A stretch of DNA of 64,000 bases, taken from the IMG/VR virus record IMGVR_UViG_3300035210_000151, one strand, 5' to 3'. This stretch comes from a virus. Its lineage: Duplodnaviria; Heunggongvirae; Uroviricota; Caudoviricetes. A program made the translations under genes and the position numbers. The notes beneath the pieces were generated by a model that saw only the letters and a program-made list of their open reading frames with translations, had not been told where the DNA came from and did not search any database. Shown here piece after piece: positions 19,767 to 29,303 of the stretch (positions within the stretch are counted from its first letter, which is position 1; each line of letters opens with the position of its first letter).

Positions 19767-20690
19767 ATGATTACCTTTCTAAAACACTTATGGTTTACAC
19801 TTAAATTCAATAAAGCGAAAGCTCTTGTTCGTGAAGAGTGTGGCGAAGTTAAAGAACTCAATGGTGTCTATTATGCTGTGTTAACTAATGGTTTAGTTTA
19901 TGATATTAGGCATTTTAACAAGTTTTTTAATGTGCGTATTTTTTATAAAGGGAACTGTATTTCTACCTTTAAGTATTCATCAGATGCAAAACTGTTGTCT
20001 CGTAAAGAGCAAGGTCTGATTAATGGCGAAGCTATTCTTGCTCGAATGAATATTAAGACGACACTTTCACAGATTCTGTGTGATTGTCCATTTACTCGAT
20101 GTGTTCCAGAATCATTCTTGCGTTTAGCTGAATCTTTATCCTCACAATATACATCTGATGATTTATTGAGCTTCTTTTTTGAAAAACACTACACCTCTAT
20201 TAGCATGGTTGATTACAAATTGACGTTGAGAGGTGTTAATCATCAAGCTTATTCATCTAAACATATAACTGTCATTGATGGTGTTGTTTATGAAAAAATA
20301 AAGTCTGATTACATACCTAAGAAGTCTTTGCAAAACATTCATTTCTTAGACACTAATTGTGACTTATTAAGACCTTTTTTCATTGGAAAAGAAGACAAGT
20401 TTTGTTTGGTTTATTTTGATTTGAAATGTATGCACATGGTTCATTTCATTGAAGAATATAAGCTTGAAAGAAACTCTATAAATTATCATAATGGCAGTAA
20501 AACAACACATATTGAGCAGTCCACTTATAAAACAGTACATCAATATCTTGAAAACATCATATATGAATTGATTAAAATAAAAGCCAGTGAACAGTTTATT
20601 GACCATTGTGCTCAATGTGGAATCAGTATCGAAGACACTAGTTACATTTCAGATGATGAGATGGAGTTGTTTAAAATGGCTATTTATTAA
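19767..20690 (+). CDS. orphan protein, C-terminal tag family
   Basis: Ends KASEQFIDHCAQCG...MELFKMAIY. Confidence 0.8.
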   Translation: MITFLKHLWFTLKFNKAKALVREECGEVKELNGVYYAVLTNGLVYDIRHFNKFFNVRIFYKGNCISTFKYSSDAKLLSRKEQGLINGEAILARMNIKTTLSQILCDCPFTRCVPESFLRLAESLSSQYTSDDLLSFFFEKHYTSISMVDYKLTLRGVNHQAYSSKHITVIDGVVYEKIKSDYIPKKSLQNIHFLDTNCDLLRPFFIGKEDKFCLVYFDLKCMHMVHFIEEYKLERNSINYHNGSKTTHIEQSTYKTVHQYLENIIYELIKIKASEQFIDHCAQCGISIEDTSYISDDEMELFKMAIY

Positions 20691-20739
20691 AAAACGCCGT
20701 TCGCCGTCTTATTAATGATTTTTATCATATTTTGTTGAA

Positions 20740-21946
20740 AGAATGCCCTTTCCTTCAGGTAGGGGATGAATTTCAACCCTGTTCTTGACTTTTCTTCTTT
20801 TCTCAATATAATCAACCACATGATTAAAACATTCCAATATAAAATTAAAACGGGGAAGATTAATTCTTCCGATTGTCGCTGGCTTTATCAGAAAGCCAGT
20901 TCTATTAACTATATCTGGAATTATTGCAACGATGCTCAAAAGCACAAGCTTAAATGGGATAGTCAAAAAAAGTGGTTAAGTGGTTTTGATCTTAGTTCCA
21001 TGTGCAGTGGTGTGTCAAAAGAAATTGGCTTACATTCACAAACAGTTCAAGCTGTTTGTGAAGAGTATGCCAATAAACGCAAAGCAAAGAAAAAAGCCTA
21101 TTTACGTTATCGCAGTTATAAAAAATCACTGGGTTGGATTCCTTTTAAAACAACAGGCATTAAGTTTGATCCTGATAATCAATCTTTTACCTATCAAAAA
21201 CGTGAGTTTAAAGTGTGGTATAGCCGTGAGATTCCGGCTGACACCAAGATTAAAAGTGGTAGTTTCTGCCAAGATAATTTAGGCCATTGGTACATCAACA
21301 TCGTTGTTGATATACCTGAAGTTAAGCTTGTTCAAAAACCAACTGCAGAAGTCGGTATTGATCTTGGCTTAAAAGATTTGGCTGTTCTTTCGGATGGGAA
21401 AGTCATTCCTATCTTCAAATATTATCGAAAAAATGAGAAAAAACTTGGATTGGCTCAACGAGCCAATAAGAAAGGTCAAGTTAAAAAAATACACAGGAAA
21501 ATTTCTAATTCACGAAAAGATTCAGCGTTTAAAATCGCTAATGATCTTGTGAAAAATTACGCTTTAATTGTGGTAGGAAACGTGAGTCCATCAAAACTTG
21601 GTAAAACCAAAATGGCTAAGTCGGTTTATGATGCAGGTTGGACACTTCTAAAAAAACAGGTTGAGTATTTAGCGATTACGCACCAATCCGTATTTTTAGA
21701 AGTGAATGAAAGCTTTACAACCCAAGCTTGTTCGTCTTGTGGAAATAGGACGGGGCCGAAAGGCTTAAAAGATCTTGGAATAAGAGAATGGAAATGCCCA
21801 GTATGCGATACTGTGCATGACAGAGATGTAAACTCTGCGAAAAACATTCTCCGTATCGGACATGATACGCTAGGAGTAGGAATCCCCTTCCTTACCGCCT
21901 AACGGCGGCAAACATTTTTAATGTTTGTGGTAGGGGAGGATGTCAA
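20740..21946 (+). mobile_element. non-autonomous IS200/IS605-family element (tnpB only)
   Basis: Related subterminal hairpins: left GAATGCCCTTTCCTTCAGGTAGGGGATGAATTTCAA, right GAATCCCCTTCCTT...GGTAGGGGAGGATGTCAA; TTGAA just left; no tnpA; left boundary uncertain by about 1 nt. Confidence 0.8.
20820..21902 (+). CDS. tnpB: RNA-guided endonuclease TnpB
   Basis: KTFQYKI, YIWNYC, VGIDLGLK, DAGW, CSSC/CPVC zinc finger, HDRDVNSAKNI. Confidence 0.92.
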   Translation: MIKTFQYKIKTGKINSSDCRWLYQKASSINYIWNYCNDAQKHKLKWDSQKKWLSGFDLSSMCSGVSKEIGLHSQTVQAVCEEYANKRKAKKKAYLRYRSYKKSLGWIPFKTTGIKFDPDNQSFTYQKREFKVWYSREIPADTKIKSGSFCQDNLGHWYINIVVDIPEVKLVQKPTAEVGIDLGLKDLAVLSDGKVIPIFKYYRKNEKKLGLAQRANKKGQVKKIHRKISNSRKDSAFKIANDLVKNYALIVVGNVSPSKLGKTKMAKSVYDAGWTLLKKQVEYLAITHQSVFLEVNESFTTQACSSCGNRTGPKGLKDLGIREWKCPVCDTVHDRDVNSAKNILRIGHDTLGVGIPFLTA

Positions 21947-21966
21947 GAACGTTGGTTGGTATATCT
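21850..21966 (+). ncRNA. 3' part of TnpB omegaRNA scaffold plus flanking guide (5' boundary unknown)
   Basis: Hairpins CGTATC/GATACG, CCGCC/GGCGG, CAAACATT/AATGTTTG, CCCCT/AGGGG ending GTCAA; putative guide GAACGTTGGTTGGTATATCT. Confidence 0.6.
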
Positions 21967-22418
21967 GGGTATCGAGGCACTGGTTGTTCTAAGCCTGTCC
22001 CCATGTTCATCGTTCTTGGAACAGGAATACCTTTAATCGGTTCTGCTGGATGGTCTTTTAGCCACTGTTTCATCATCTTAATCTCAACGTCTTGTGCAGC
22101 AATAATGTCACGAGCTAATTGTCTCATTTCTTCATCCGTACCATATTTCAATTGAACTTGTGCCATTTCAACAGCCCCAATGTGATGGGCAAGCATAGAT
22201 TCAACAAAATAAACGTCAGGGTCGCCTTTATCGTAAACATTCATGCCTTTGTGCATGTCTGCATTGACTTTATTATACTCATTTGCATAAGGTGATGAGT
22301 ATTGTGTTAACATTTCCTTATGCTCGTGTTCGATAATTTCGGAAGCACATACAATGCCAGATGCTGCAGCTATAATAGTTAACATCGCTATCTTAGTCAT
22401 TGATCCTATCTTTTTCAT
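21918..22418 (-). CDS. DUF305 (CopM-like) secreted metal-binding protein
   Basis: Signal peptide; GDPDVYFVESMLAHHIGAVEMAQVQLKYG...LARDIIAAQDVEIKMMKQWL. Confidence 0.88.
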   Translation of the reverse strand: MKKIGSMTKIAMLTIIAAASGIVCASEIIEHEHKEMLTQYSSPYANEYNKVNADMHKGMNVYDKGDPDVYFVESMLAHHIGAVEMAQVQLKYGTDEEMRQLARDIIAAQDVEIKMMKQWLKDHPAEPIKGIPVPRTMNMGTGLEQPVPRYPDIPTNVLDILPYHKH

Positions 22419-22569
22419 ATTTAAAATCCTCTTTTTCTTAATATTGTTAATATGATAGTTAATCTATTAAAAAAATCAACTATGTTTATTATTTAATATT
22501 AAAATGCTTGCCAACCTGTAAACTTTTTGATATACTTCGCGTTCTTTCAAAACAAAGGAACGTAAACAG

Positions 22570-23232
22570 ATGAAATCAATAGATTTTTTTGCTTTATCTT
22601 TTGCTCTTGCTGGAACCGCCTGCTTTGCTTCGCAAGCTTATGATGCTCACTCTCGCAGTGAACTTCGGAAACAAAATGGTGGCGTGGTACATATTAAAAA
22701 CGTAAATATTGATGAAAGCTATATTGTTTCTCTTGTTAAAAACAAAGAAAAACGAAAGATTGCAGAAGCTGAATTCACTAGAAAGAAAAATATTGCAGCC
22801 TGTAAACTAGATGTAAATTGTAAGATTATGGCAGAAGCTATATACTTTGAGGCTCGTGGAGAAAACCAGAAAGGTCAAATCTCTGTGGGTCAAGTGATTT
22901 TGGAACGAACCAAACGTGCTGGGTTTCCTAAGAGCGTTTATGGTGTAGTCCACCAGAAAAACGATAAAGGTATTTGTCACTTTTCTTATGTATGTGAGAT
23001 TGAACAAGGCGTCATTCAAAAGGCATTCAGAAATGGTGCTGCTTATAACAAAGCTCTTGAATATGCTTATGGTGTTTTGAAAAATAAATATCCGAAATAC
23101 GTTAAAAACGCAGACCACTATTACAATCCAGATAAAGTCTCCAAGACTCCACACTGGGTTTCGCAAATGGGGCAGGTTGCCAAGGTTGGTAATCATTTGT
23201 TCCTTAGCTCTGATAGAACCTACGTGTTTTAA
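22570..23232 (+). CDS. cell wall hydrolase, SleB/Hydrolase_2 family
   Basis: MAEAIYFEARGE, FPKSVYGVVHQ, CHFSYVC, HYYNP, PHW, VGNHLF. Confidence 0.9.
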   Translation: MKSIDFFALSFALAGTACFASQAYDAHSRSELRKQNGGVVHIKNVNIDESYIVSLVKNKEKRKIAEAEFTRKKNIAACKLDVNCKIMAEAIYFEARGENQKGQISVGQVILERTKRAGFPKSVYGVVHQKNDKGICHFSYVCEIEQGVIQKAFRNGAAYNKALEYAYGVLKNKYPKYVKNADHYYNPDKVSKTPHWVSQMGQVAKVGNHLFLSSDRTYVF

Positions 23233-23241
23233 TGAAAAAAT

Positions 23242-23264
23242 AAGCCCCTTCTAGGGGCTTTTTT
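23242..23264 (+). terminator. intrinsic terminator
   Basis: AAGCCCCT-tct-AGGGGCTT plus T run. Confidence 0.8.
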
Positions 23265-23325
23265 ATTGCCTAAAGCTTAATAGTTTGGTATAATTACCCC
23301 ACATTAACAGTAGAGGATTTATCTC

Positions 23326-23922
23326 ATGACCACACTACGCATTGTTCCAGACACCGACCCATCTAACCCACGTACTGATTCTGACAACTTTTGTCTGATG
23401 GCATGTGCTCACGGTCGCTATAACTTGGGTGACAGCCGAGCGGTTGAAATCCTCGCAGGCAAACTGGATGTTTCTGCACGCGATAAATCTTTGGGTGAAC
23501 TGATTAACTTGGCTTACAAAGCTGACATTATCTTTACGAGTAAACCTCTTTACCTGTATGATCACAGTGGTATCACAATGGCAACCACACCATTCTCTTG
23601 TGAATGGGATAGTGGTCAAGTGGGTGAAATCATTGTTTTCAAAGATGCAATCAAATCAGAATTCGGCATTAAACGAATGGGTAAGAAAATTAAAGAAAAA
23701 ATGCTTGAAGTTGCTGAACGTCATATTGATACCGAAGTAGCCGCTTATGATGCCTATTTGACTGGTGATATTTATACGCTTGAAATTCTTGATGATGAGG
23801 GCGAAGTTGAAGAGTCTATCTGTGGGTTCATCGGTTATGATGTTGATAAAAACGGCATGGCTGGTTGTATTGACCAGAGTATGATTGAAGCATTGCGAGC
23901 TTGTGAAGTTAGTTACTCCTAA
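23326..23922 (+). CDS. conserved hypothetical protein of phage/plasmid type
   Basis: PLYLYDHSGI, WDSGQVG, YDAYLTGDIY motifs recalled from mobile-element proteins. Confidence 0.75.
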   Translation: MTTLRIVPDTDPSNPRTDSDNFCLMACAHGRYNLGDSRAVEILAGKLDVSARDKSLGELINLAYKADIIFTSKPLYLYDHSGITMATTPFSCEWDSGQVGEIIVFKDAIKSEFGIKRMGKKIKEKMLEVAERHIDTEVAAYDAYLTGDIYTLEILDDEGEVEESICGFIGYDVDKNGMAGCIDQSMIEALRACEVSYS

Positions 23923-24740
23923 TGAAAGAAAATGAACCAAAAAAAGGGAGGATAGCCAAAATATTGGACTATCTTTCCTGTATTCTTAAACGAAAATTGT
24001 TAGCCTTTTTGCTGGGTGTTAAATCATCTGAGCTTTACACATTACAGTCTTCATTGAAAAAAGATTATTATTTTATTCTTGATAAGCATACGCATACTTT
24101 CCTTGCTGTTTTTGTTTTGGGGCGTAGAGATATGTTGGTTGGTTACAACGATATTTCAAAAAAAATAATGGATAAAAAATTTGAACCACTCGGTGGGGCA
24201 AGTGAACGCTTTTTATCTGAGACATTGCAGTTTGTTCATTTCTTAGATATTGCCAGTTTTAAACCTGTCTTGACTAAAACTATTAGTCATAAATATTTGT
24301 TGGTTATTAATGAAGTTGAATACGCCATTCAGAAGAATACTTACACTTATGAGCACGAAGTAGATAATGTAACGCATTATTATTCACAAGAATCATATGT
24401 TACTGTAAAAGATAATGAATTAATGTTTTTCAATACTTTTCCACATTTATTCCTTGTTTCAGATAAAAATGATGTAATACATAAAAAAGCATTATTAAAT
24501 AAAAATGATACTGACCCCATTATTCAAAACATTGATTTAGATCTTATTTTTGATGATTTAAAATTGTTGATTTCAGGGAAAGGTTTAACAAAAAAAGGTA
24601 TTTCAGTCTTGCATAACTATGATAAGGCGATCAATTTAATGAAAGACTATTATTTGAATTCGCATTATCATGGTTGGCAAGAAGTGGGTTACCCACAAAC
24701 ACCAGAAGACGTTCAACTGTTGAAAATGATTGCAATTTAA
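23922..24740 (+). CDS. orphan protein, C-terminal tag family
   Basis: TAATG overlap with previous gene; ends VQLLKMIAI. Confidence 0.8.
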   Translation: MKENEPKKGRIAKILDYLSCILKRKLLAFLLGVKSSELYTLQSSLKKDYYFILDKHTHTFLAVFVLGRRDMLVGYNDISKKIMDKKFEPLGGASERFLSETLQFVHFLDIASFKPVLTKTISHKYLLVINEVEYAIQKNTYTYEHEVDNVTHYYSQESYVTVKDNELMFFNTFPHLFLVSDKNDVIHKKALLNKNDTDPIIQNIDLDLIFDDLKLLISGKGLTKKGISVLHNYDKAINLMKDYYLNSHYHGWQEVGYPQTPEDVQLLKMIAI

Positions 24741-24784
24741 GCCTTAAAATGATATAATTTACAAAATTTAATGAGGTCTTTATT

Positions 24785-25228
24785 ATGTCACACAAAATTT
24801 TTATGGTTGCAAAAGGATTCAGTTTTGCAAAACATTACAACACATTGGCTGTTTTTGTGCTAAAAGAAAGCCGAGTGAACAAAGCCCTCGATTTAAAACC
24901 AGACCGTTGTTTAGAATTTATGACAGAAGATGATTATTCTGTTGAGTTTTTGTGTCGTGAGAATGTTATCTATGCTCGACCAAGCATACCGAGTGAAAAG
25001 GCTGCGGAGCTTGAATTGGTCATTCGAAACATTAATACACATGGACAACTAGAAATTGTAGCAGACATCATTTCAGGAAATAAATCTTTCGACTTAGTGA
25101 CTTCTTTGAGAAATCTAGACAAAAATCGTTACATGATATACAAATTGACATCCAATAACGATATTGCTATTCATGCTAAAGTTGAAAACAATGGTAATAC
25201 TATTATTCTTGATGGTAATAAACTTTAA
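24785..25228 (+). CDS. hypothetical protein
   Basis: ORF with GAGG RBS and TGATATAAT upstream. Confidence 0.7.
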   Translation: MSHKIFMVAKGFSFAKHYNTLAVFVLKESRVNKALDLKPDRCLEFMTEDDYSVEFLCRENVIYARPSIPSEKAAELELVIRNINTHGQLEIVADIISGNKSFDLVTSLRNLDKNRYMIYKLTSNNDIAIHAKVENNGNTIILDGNKL

Positions 25229-25286
25229 CCTCTATTTTTGACAAATATTCTTCGTATGATATCTTTTGATTAACAGGAGATATCAT

Positions 25287-25625
25287 ATGAGAATGCACTC
25301 GATTAGAGAATCAATACCCCAAAGCACCATTTCTGGTGATGTTGTAAAACTATCCCAATGGCTTAACAATGTGAAAGAACTTAGACGCCTGCATGGTGAT
25401 GACATGGTTCTTTACTTTGAAGCTGATACGTTTGTTCTATTTCGTATTTCTCCTAGTCTTATACCCAACTTTGTTGAGCAATATTACATTGAAGACAATA
25501 CTGAAATGACTTTAAAGCAGTGGCAAGAATGTTTAGAAAACCTTATTGACTTGTTCAATGAAGATTTTTATGTTTTCATTGTTTCAAATTCAGGTTTCAA
25601 CATTAGACTATCTGCCATAAAATAA
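25287..25625 (+). CDS. hypothetical protein
   Basis: Start after AGGAG. Confidence 0.7.
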   Translation: MRMHSIRESIPQSTISGDVVKLSQWLNNVKELRRLHGDDMVLYFEADTFVLFRISPSLIPNFVEQYYIEDNTEMTLKQWQECLENLIDLFNEDFYVFIVSNSGFNIRLSAIK

Positions 25626-25685
25626 TGATTGATAAATTTCTTTGTATTTGGTATACTACTTCAAACCTAATTTTGGAGTGATTTT

Positions 25686-26048
25686 ATGTTTAATTCTATT
25701 GCGACTGGCTTAAAAATGGATGTCCCACGTTCATTTATTCTTTTGTTTTTTTCTATCCTTGTTATGTCTGTTTATGCTGTTTTTACTCTGGTAACCACAT
25801 CCAATCCTATTAGATTATTCATATATATTCCCGTGTTCATTTATTTCTTACATTATTTGAAAGCTTGGAAACTTTACAAAGATTTTAAAACCATTTTGAA
25901 CACTTCAGATTCTATGAGTTCATTTAGTAATGATTATGAAAATTATATAAACCGTGATGATTATACTAAATTCAGAAAAGTAATTTTTCTTTTGGCTGGT
26001 TGGGCAACAGGTGATTTAATTTTCATTCTGATTGATGCTTTTAAATGA
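25686..26048 (+). CDS. small membrane protein, paralog pair C
   Basis: Three hydrophobic segments; RSFI.L.F shared with next gene; both 120 aa. Confidence 0.75.
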   Translation: MFNSIATGLKMDVPRSFILLFFSILVMSVYAVFTLVTTSNPIRLFIYIPVFIYFLHYLKAWKLYKDFKTILNTSDSMSSFSNDYENYINRDDYTKFRKVIFLLAGWATGDLIFILIDAFK

Positions 26049-26113
26049 AGATAGTGTGTATAGACTATTTAAAAACATTTGATATACTCAAAAAATAACT
26101 GGGGTAATTAATC

Positions 26114-26476
26114 ATGATTGAAGCAATTCGTGTGGGATGGAAATTAGAAGCTACTCGTTCTTTCATACAGCTTTATTTTGCAGTCATTGTCATGTTTTCT
26201 TATGCCTTTTTCATGGTTCAGCATACTGGATCTTATTTTAAACTGGTCGTATGTGCGGCTCTTTTTGGCTATATCTTTATTCACCTTCGTGCTTTTACTA
26301 TTTATAATGACCTTAAAGAAGTTCTTTATGGGTCTGAAACCATGAATGAGTTTATGAACACTTATGAAGAGTTTGTTAAGCGAAAAGATTTCATAAAATT
26401 GAAATCAACCGTTCGTTTTGTTTTCATTTTTGCAATGGTCGATTTTGTGTTTTTTGTCATCACACTATTCAGTTAA
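26114..26476 (+). CDS. small membrane protein, paralog pair C
   Basis: Collinear with previous gene. Confidence 0.75.
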   Translation: MIEAIRVGWKLEATRSFIQLYFAVIVMFSYAFFMVQHTGSYFKLVVCAALFGYIFIHLRAFTIYNDLKEVLYGSETMNEFMNTYEEFVKRKDFIKLKSTVRFVFIFAMVDFVFFVITLFS

Positions 26477-26621
26477 CTTAAAAAATGGAAATCGTGGCTT
26501 AAAATGCTTATTTTAGGCCATTTTTTTTGCATAAAATTCATATATTTATCAATAAATGCTTGTTTTAAAGGGTTTTTTTTGTTATAATCATTGCATCTAA
26601 TAAACCAATAGAGGTATATAT

Positions 26622-27401
26622 ATGCAAAATTCGATGATTGCGAGCATGTTGCAAATTAAAGGTTCAGGTGAATTCAAAATTCAAGACATTGCTCGTTCGT
26701 CCACTGTTACTCGTTGGCACTCCGTTAACTGCCTTCGTTATCCATCTATTGCAGAACACAGTTTTCTTGTTGCTATGTATGCTCGTGACATCTTGAACCG
26801 TATTAATCCGAATGCAACGGACTCCGAAAAACTGCTTTTGATGGAATACTGCCTGTTTCATGACTTGCCAGAAGTATTGACAGGTGACATGGCAACCCCA
26901 GTGAAGCGTTTGCTTGAATCGCTCTTTCCAGATGGTGAATCACCACTCGACTTGATTGAAGAAGCTCTATGTCCTGAGTATAAAGAACTGAAGAATCGTA
27001 TCTCGGGCACTTATTTAGCCGTTATTGCTAAATTGGCTGACGTGCTTGAAGCGGTTAAGTTCATTTATGTAGAAGGTAAGAGCTACATTCAACGCCAAGA
27101 CCAGAACCGTAAAGTGATTGAGGCTTTGAGTTCGCTGACTATGTTGGTTGAAGATAATATCAAAGGCTTGGCTGGTTGTGCTGAAAGTATTGAAAAGGTT
27201 AAAGGTTTCTTGAGTGAAATCAGTGATAACGAAAACAATGACGCCATTTATGGTATCTTGATTGAACGTCAAACCAACTACCTCCAACGTGCCGAAGCTG
27301 CGAAAGCACTTTATCCACAGTTTAACTGGGATGTTGCCAAAGATGTTCATAAAGAACTGCTTTATGGTAAGACTTCGCAAATTGACTTTATTGACAAGTG
27401 A
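26622..27401 (+). CDS. HD-domain hydrolase, YfbR-like 5'-deoxynucleotidase
   Basis: RW, SIAEHSFLV, LFHDLPEVLTGDMATPVK, KLADVLEA; helical C-terminal extension. Confidence 0.85.
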   Translation: MQNSMIASMLQIKGSGEFKIQDIARSSTVTRWHSVNCLRYPSIAEHSFLVAMYARDILNRINPNATDSEKLLLMEYCLFHDLPEVLTGDMATPVKRLLESLFPDGESPLDLIEEALCPEYKELKNRISGTYLAVIAKLADVLEAVKFIYVEGKSYIQRQDQNRKVIEALSSLTMLVEDNIKGLAGCAESIEKVKGFLSEISDNENNDAIYGILIERQTNYLQRAEAAKALYPQFNWDVAKDVHKELLYGKTSQIDFIDK

Positions 27402-27414
27402 TTGTCTAACCAAT

Positions 27415-27440
27415 AAAAAGGGGCTTCGGCCTCTTTTTTG
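27415..27440 (+). terminator. intrinsic terminator
   Basis: AAAAGGGGC-ttcg-GCCTCTTTT. Confidence 0.75.
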
Positions 27441-27494
27441 TTGATTATCTTAATTATTTCGGTATACTTATAACAAATACATAAGGAAAATTTA

Positions 27495-27869
27495 ATGAGC
27501 AAGCTAAAACGCAGTGATTTTGTAAACTTTGTCAATGAACACCTTTTAACTTTGATGACTGGTGGCTTTAAACCTGATTTGAAAGATATGTTTAAGACAT
27601 CCGATATTGATGATCATTGTCCCGATCTTGAATCAGCTTTTTTTGAATTTGAAGAAACGGGTGATTTATTTGAAGCTGTTCGCAATCACTTGGCTGGTAT
27701 CAAACGCGACTTTATTGTCCATGTTGATGTGGATGTTAATGACAACCGTAAGAAGGTCATTATTGAGCGTTCTACAACCAAGAAGCTAGACAGTATGGAT
27801 ATTGATGACCTCATTGATATGTTAAACAAAAGTTCGGATGAAGCCTTAACATTTATTTTTGGAAAATAA
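27495..27869 (+). CDS. hypothetical protein
   Basis: ORF with AAGGA RBS and promoter. Confidence 0.7.
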   Translation: MSKLKRSDFVNFVNEHLLTLMTGGFKPDLKDMFKTSDIDDHCPDLESAFFEFEETGDLFEAVRNHLAGIKRDFIVHVDVDVNDNRKKVIIERSTTKKLDSMDIDDLIDMLNKSSDEALTFIFGK

Positions 27870-27979
27870 ACATCTTAACTCTCCATAATTGAATTAACCA
27901 AGACATGTTCTTGGTTTTTTATTGCCTTTTTTGCCTATTTTTGATATACTATTGAAAATTCAGAATAGGTACACCACCA

Positions 27980-29185
27980 ATGGAATCTCAAAAAACTATT
28001 AAAAGCTTTCTAGGTAATATTGCCGTATTACTTGATGAGTTCACTGCAGCCGGTTTTGAGCGTGATAATCAAAAAGCTAATAAGCATATGACACTATTTG
28101 CTGATCCACAATTTAAGGATGGTTTTTTTAATACATGTTGTAAACCCGATGATTTTTTACAAGTCATTTTCCCCAATTTCAGTTTAGTAGAAATCAAAGA
28201 ACTTTCATCATTTTTGGTTTTTATGGCAAATGTTTTTAGTGGTGAGACTTATTCTGTCAAAAACCCTCTTAACTTCTCTATTTCTTTCGGTTTGAATGAA
28301 TTTAATCTGAGTTCTGAGATTTTCCATATTGATATGAAATCAGATTCTTTTGCTATTCGTGGCAGTAGTCTCTCACATGTGTTCGTGCGTCCACTGGACA
28401 CTGATTTTCACGATATCATGTATTCACTCAAAAAATCATTTAAACGTAATGTAAACATGTATTTTGAGGATGTGATTGATATTGATAATAACGTTATCAA
28501 GACTATTATTAACGAAGGTGTCGATGATTATTTTTGGCGTAAAAACGATGCTGATGTGTTAACTCGAATTACCGATCTGGGATTTGTTCAAGCCGCTGTT
28601 GAGTTTGGTAAAAACAATGTCGTTCGTTCTAAAATGCCTTCCCTTGATATTTACTCACAGAACTACAAAATGAATATTAAAAAGATGTACAACAGTGAAT
28701 ATGCTAAGGAAATTGAGCGAGATTTGAACATTGACCATGTGGTAGGTTTGCGTTTTTCACACAATGAATTACGACATATTAAACCTTTGTTGAGTAGTGT
28801 TATTAAAGAAAAAGATCTTAATCTCATGTTTCAAATTATTGAGATGTATGTTTTTAAAATGAAGATTGAAAATAAGATTACTGATAATGATTATGTGACT
28901 GTTATTCGGAATCACATTACAACCCTTCAAAAAGAATCCTTGTTAAATCATTGTTACCTCAAAATTAGTATTTTAGACTTACATATTTCATTTTCAGATA
29001 TCATTGAAGTCGAAGAACGTGTTTTTCAGAGCCATAAAACATCGAAATTTAGATCGGACGGTTTTGAAACCCTGTATGAATCTTATAAGCATCATGTTAT
29101 TTCAAGCATTGAACACATGATTGGATTGCCTAAAAATGAAATTAATAATAGCTGTTTACTGGTTCATCAAATGGCTACAATTTGA
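27980..29185 (+). CDS. orphan protein, distant member of array E, C-terminal tag
   Basis: 401 aa, same size and layout as the 38672-42421 paralogs (IFP.FS..EI..L); ends LLVHQMATI. Confidence 0.8.
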   Translation: MESQKTIKSFLGNIAVLLDEFTAAGFERDNQKANKHMTLFADPQFKDGFFNTCCKPDDFLQVIFPNFSLVEIKELSSFLVFMANVFSGETYSVKNPLNFSISFGLNEFNLSSEIFHIDMKSDSFAIRGSSLSHVFVRPLDTDFHDIMYSLKKSFKRNVNMYFEDVIDIDNNVIKTIINEGVDDYFWRKNDADVLTRITDLGFVQAAVEFGKNNVVRSKMPSLDIYSQNYKMNIKKMYNSEYAKEIERDLNIDHVVGLRFSHNELRHIKPLLSSVIKEKDLNLMFQIIEMYVFKMKIENKITDNDYVTVIRNHITTLQKESLLNHCYLKISILDLHISFSDIIEVEERVFQSHKTSKFRSDGFETLYESYKHHVISSIEHMIGLPKNEINNSCLLVHQMATI

Positions 29186-29303
29186 AGTTATTAGGAATGC
29201 TTAAATTCGAAAAGCGAATTTGCATTTCAGTTCGGTTATTTAATTTGCTAATTTTGTGTTATTTTGATAGAATAGACCACTACTTAAAAAGATTGGAGTG
29301 ATT

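Noticed and set aside
20712-20966. Minus-strand 84-aa ORF across the IS left end
   Set aside because: Mostly antisense to tnpB; only its last codons are meaningful, as the probable original DUF305 tail.
20820-21902. TnpB as a nuclease-dead (TldR-like) protein or a Cas12
   Set aside because: An alternative Glu is present, IS ends are intact and no CRISPR array is adjacent.
29196-29228. Hairpin AATGC-tt-AAATTCG-aaaag-CGAATTT-GCATT
   Set aside because: Single intergenic hairpin after a stop codon; most simply a terminator or stability element.
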